Source: Ruditapes philippinarum (lineage: Eukaryota). From it: 64,000 nt of DNA. The position numbers and the translations under genes were made by a program. The DNA is taken from positions 124,001-188,000 of the forward strand of contig NW_026851848.1 in the NCBI RefSeq assembly GCF_026571515.1. Reading direction: 5' to 3'. Below the pieces are notes generated by a model that made no database searches, was not told the origin of the DNA, and was given only the letters and a program-made list of their open reading frames with translations. Positions 61,190 through 64,000 of this stretch are shown here, piece after piece; within the stretch, counting starts at the first letter, position 1; the number at the start of each line of letters is the position of its first letter.

Positions 61190-63330
61190 TATAAAGTACT
61201 GAACCTTTAATTCTTACATGCACTTTAATTATCAATACTGAACCTTCTATTCTCAGTATCAGTACTGGGCATTCTATTCTCAATATCAGTACTGGGCAAT
61301 CCATTCTCAATATCAGTACTGGGCATTTAATTCTCAATATCAGTACTGGGCATTCCATTCTCAGTATCAGTACTGGACATTTTATTCTCAATATCAGTAC
61401 TGGCCATTCTATTCTCAATATCAGTACTGGGCATTCAATTCTCAATATCAGTATTGGGCATTCTATTCTCAGTATCAGTACTGGAGATTCTATTCTCAAT
61501 ATCAGTACAGGGCATTCAATTCTCAATATCAGTACTGGGTATTCCATTCTCAATATCAGTACTGGGCATTCAATTCTCAGTATCAGTACTGGACATTCCA
61601 TTCTCACTATCAGTACTGGGCATTCTAATCTCACTATCAGTACTGGACATTCTATTCTCACAATCAGTACTGGGCATTCTATTCTCAGTATCAGTACTGG
61701 GCCTTATATTCTCACTATCAGTACTGGACATTCCATTCTCACTATCAGTACTGGGCATTCTATTCTCACTATCAGTACTGGGCATTCTATTCTCACTATC
61801 AGTACTGGACATTCCATTCTCAGTATCAGTACTGGGCATTCTATTCTCATTATCAGTATTGGACATTCTATTCTCACTTTAAGTACTGGGCATTGTATTC
61901 TCACTATCAGTACTGGACATTCCATTCTCAGTATCAGTACTGGGCATAGTATTCTCACCATCAGTACTGGACATTCCATTCTCAGTATCAGTACTTGGCA
62001 TTCTATTCTCACTATAAGTACTTGACATTCCATTCTCACTATAAGTACTGGGCATTCTATTCTCACTATCAGTACTGGACATTCCATTCTCAGTATCAGT
62101 ACTGGGCATTCTTTTCTCACTATCAGTACTGGGCATTCTTTTCTCAGTATCAGTACAGGGCATTCCATTCTCACTATCATTACTCGGCATTCTATTCTCA
62201 CTATCAGTACTGGACATTCCATTCTCAGTATCAGTACTGGGCATTCTTTTCTCACTATCAGTACTGGGCATACTATTCTCAGTATCAGTACTGGGCATTC
62301 TTTTCTCAGTATCAGTACAGGGCATTCCATTCTCAATATCAGTACTTGGCATTCCATTCTCACTATCAGTACTGGACATTCTATTCTCACTACAACTAAT
62401 GTGCATTCTATTCTCACAATCAGTACTGGGCATACTATTCTCAGTATCAGTACTGGGCATTCTATTGTCACTATCAGTACTGGGCATTTTATTCTCAATA
62501 TCAGTACTGTGCATTTAATTCTCACTATCAGTACTGGGCATTCCATTCTCAGTATCAGTACTGGGCATTCTATTCTCAGTATCAGTACTGGGCATTCTAT
62601 TCTCACTATCAGTACTGGGCATTGTATTCTCACTATTAGTACTGGAAATTCTATTCTTACTATCTCTAATGGGCATTCTATTCTCACAATCAGTACTGGG
62701 CATTCTATTCTCACTGTCAGTACTATGCATTCTATTCTCACTATCATTTCTGGGCATTCTATTCTAATTATCAGTACTGGGCATTCTAGTCTCACAATCA
62801 GTTCTGGGCCTTCTTTTCTCACTTTCAGTACTGGGCCTTCTATTCTCACTATCAGTACTGGGTCTTCTATTGTCACTGTCAGTACTAGGCATTCTATTCT
62901 CACTATCATTTCTGGGCGTTCTATTCTAATTATCAGTGCTGGGCATTCTAGTCCCACAATCAGTTCTGGGCCTTCTTTTCTCACTTTCAGTACTGGGCCT
63001 TCTATTCTCACTATCAGTACTGGACCTTCTATTCTCACTGTCAGTACTAGGCATTCTATTCTCACTATCATTTCTGGGCATTCTATTCTAATTATCAGTG
63101 CTGGGCATTCTAGTCTCACAATCAGTTCTGGGCCTTCTTTTCTCACTTTCATTACTGGGCATTCTAGTCTCACTATCAGTGCTGGGCATTCTTTTCTCAC
63201 TATCATTACTGGGCATTTTATTCTCACTATCAGTACTGGGCCTTCTATTCTCACTATCAATTCTGGGCATTTTATTCTCACTATCAGTGCTGGGCATTTT
63301 ATTCTCACTATCAGTACTATAAACATTTTA
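61190..63330. repeat. 27-bp minisatellite (~80 copies), inferred to lie in an HDHD5 intron
   Basis: CTATTCTCACTATCAGTACTGGGCATT; source of all 9-aa-repeat ORFs between 61134 and 63435. Confidence 0.97.
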
Positions 63331-64000
63331 TTCTTTCTACCAGTATTGGACATTAAATTTCTAATCAGTATCTGCTCTGCACTAGTACTAATACTGTTAT
63401 TTTTTGCACAAAAATACCTAATTATTGACTTTTAAATTCATAATTAAACTTATAAAACAAAATCTTCAGCCTTAACCTATATGCATAATATTAGGAAACA
63501 AATATATCTATTTTTATGTTCTATGCATGGCCTATTTTTTTAACATACATATTTTTTTTCCTATTGTTCCGGCAGGTGATCAAGTTTTTAAGTGTCCTAG
63601 TTTGTTTGTACTGGTTCACTAGTGACACTTAACCTGTTGTAGAAAATCTTAGCTATTGTAACTTGTATGTTACACTCTGATTGCTAGGTCAACCAGCATG
63701 TTCTGTAATATACATGTATTCTGATGCTACAGACATGTATATGTTGCAACTTGCTGGGTGCATAATTTAACTGTTCTGAAAAACTTGTTTGTTTGTTTGA
63801 GTTAAATGGCAAACACTGACACAAACTGGTCATAACGAACCAAAAATTAATAATATTAAATTAGTTTAACTGCTGAACACAAACTACCTTACTTAGTGTA
63901 TGTAAGATAACTTGTGAAATATCCTTCCAATGATCCAATTAATTAATTAACTGTTTAATTATGAATATTTACTAAATGTTTTTGATGAAAACATGTACTA

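Noticed and set aside
61134-63435. Long ORFs (549, 344, 211 aa) with 9-aa repeats
   Set aside because: Translations of a 27-bp minisatellite that is open in several frames on both strands, with frame-breaking indels.

Overview
This window is AT-rich, intron-containing animal DNA, not prokaryotic. The repeat landscape (Helentron/HINE-like elements with internal satellite arrays, tRNA-derived SINEs, TTAA-flanked MITEs) and the intronless B-box genes suggest a bivalve mollusc; this is inference. Four genes could be built by hand. (1) An intronless RING-less TRIM-like gene (B-box1, B-box2, coiled coil, beta-propeller) at -1500..<1, running off the window edge and missed by the ORF track. (2) A tandem paralogue at -13106..11152, whose frameshifts sit in homopolymer-noisy sequence. 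(3) A 10-exon + strand gene (16969..35942, 3024 nt CDS, 1007 aa) for a type-I membrane mucin-like receptor: signal peptide, uromodulin/OIT3-type D8C domain, RGD, two Ser/Thr stalks separated by two LDLa-like modules, TM helix, Tyr-motif tail and C-terminal DTKL. (4) The 3' exons of an HDHD5/CECR5 HAD hydrolase (-58834..48422), with one small exon apparently corrupted. The rest is transposon and tandem-repeat DNA, and most long ORFs in the track are minisatellite artefacts. The best leads are: a ~960-bp tRNA-headed element with no TTT run, flanked by 9-bp direct repeats; a duplicated HDHD5 exon end that diverged with many synonymous changes; the receptor architecture; and a MITE whose loop is flipped relative to its arms. 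No clearly novel multi-gene system is demonstrable from sequence alone.
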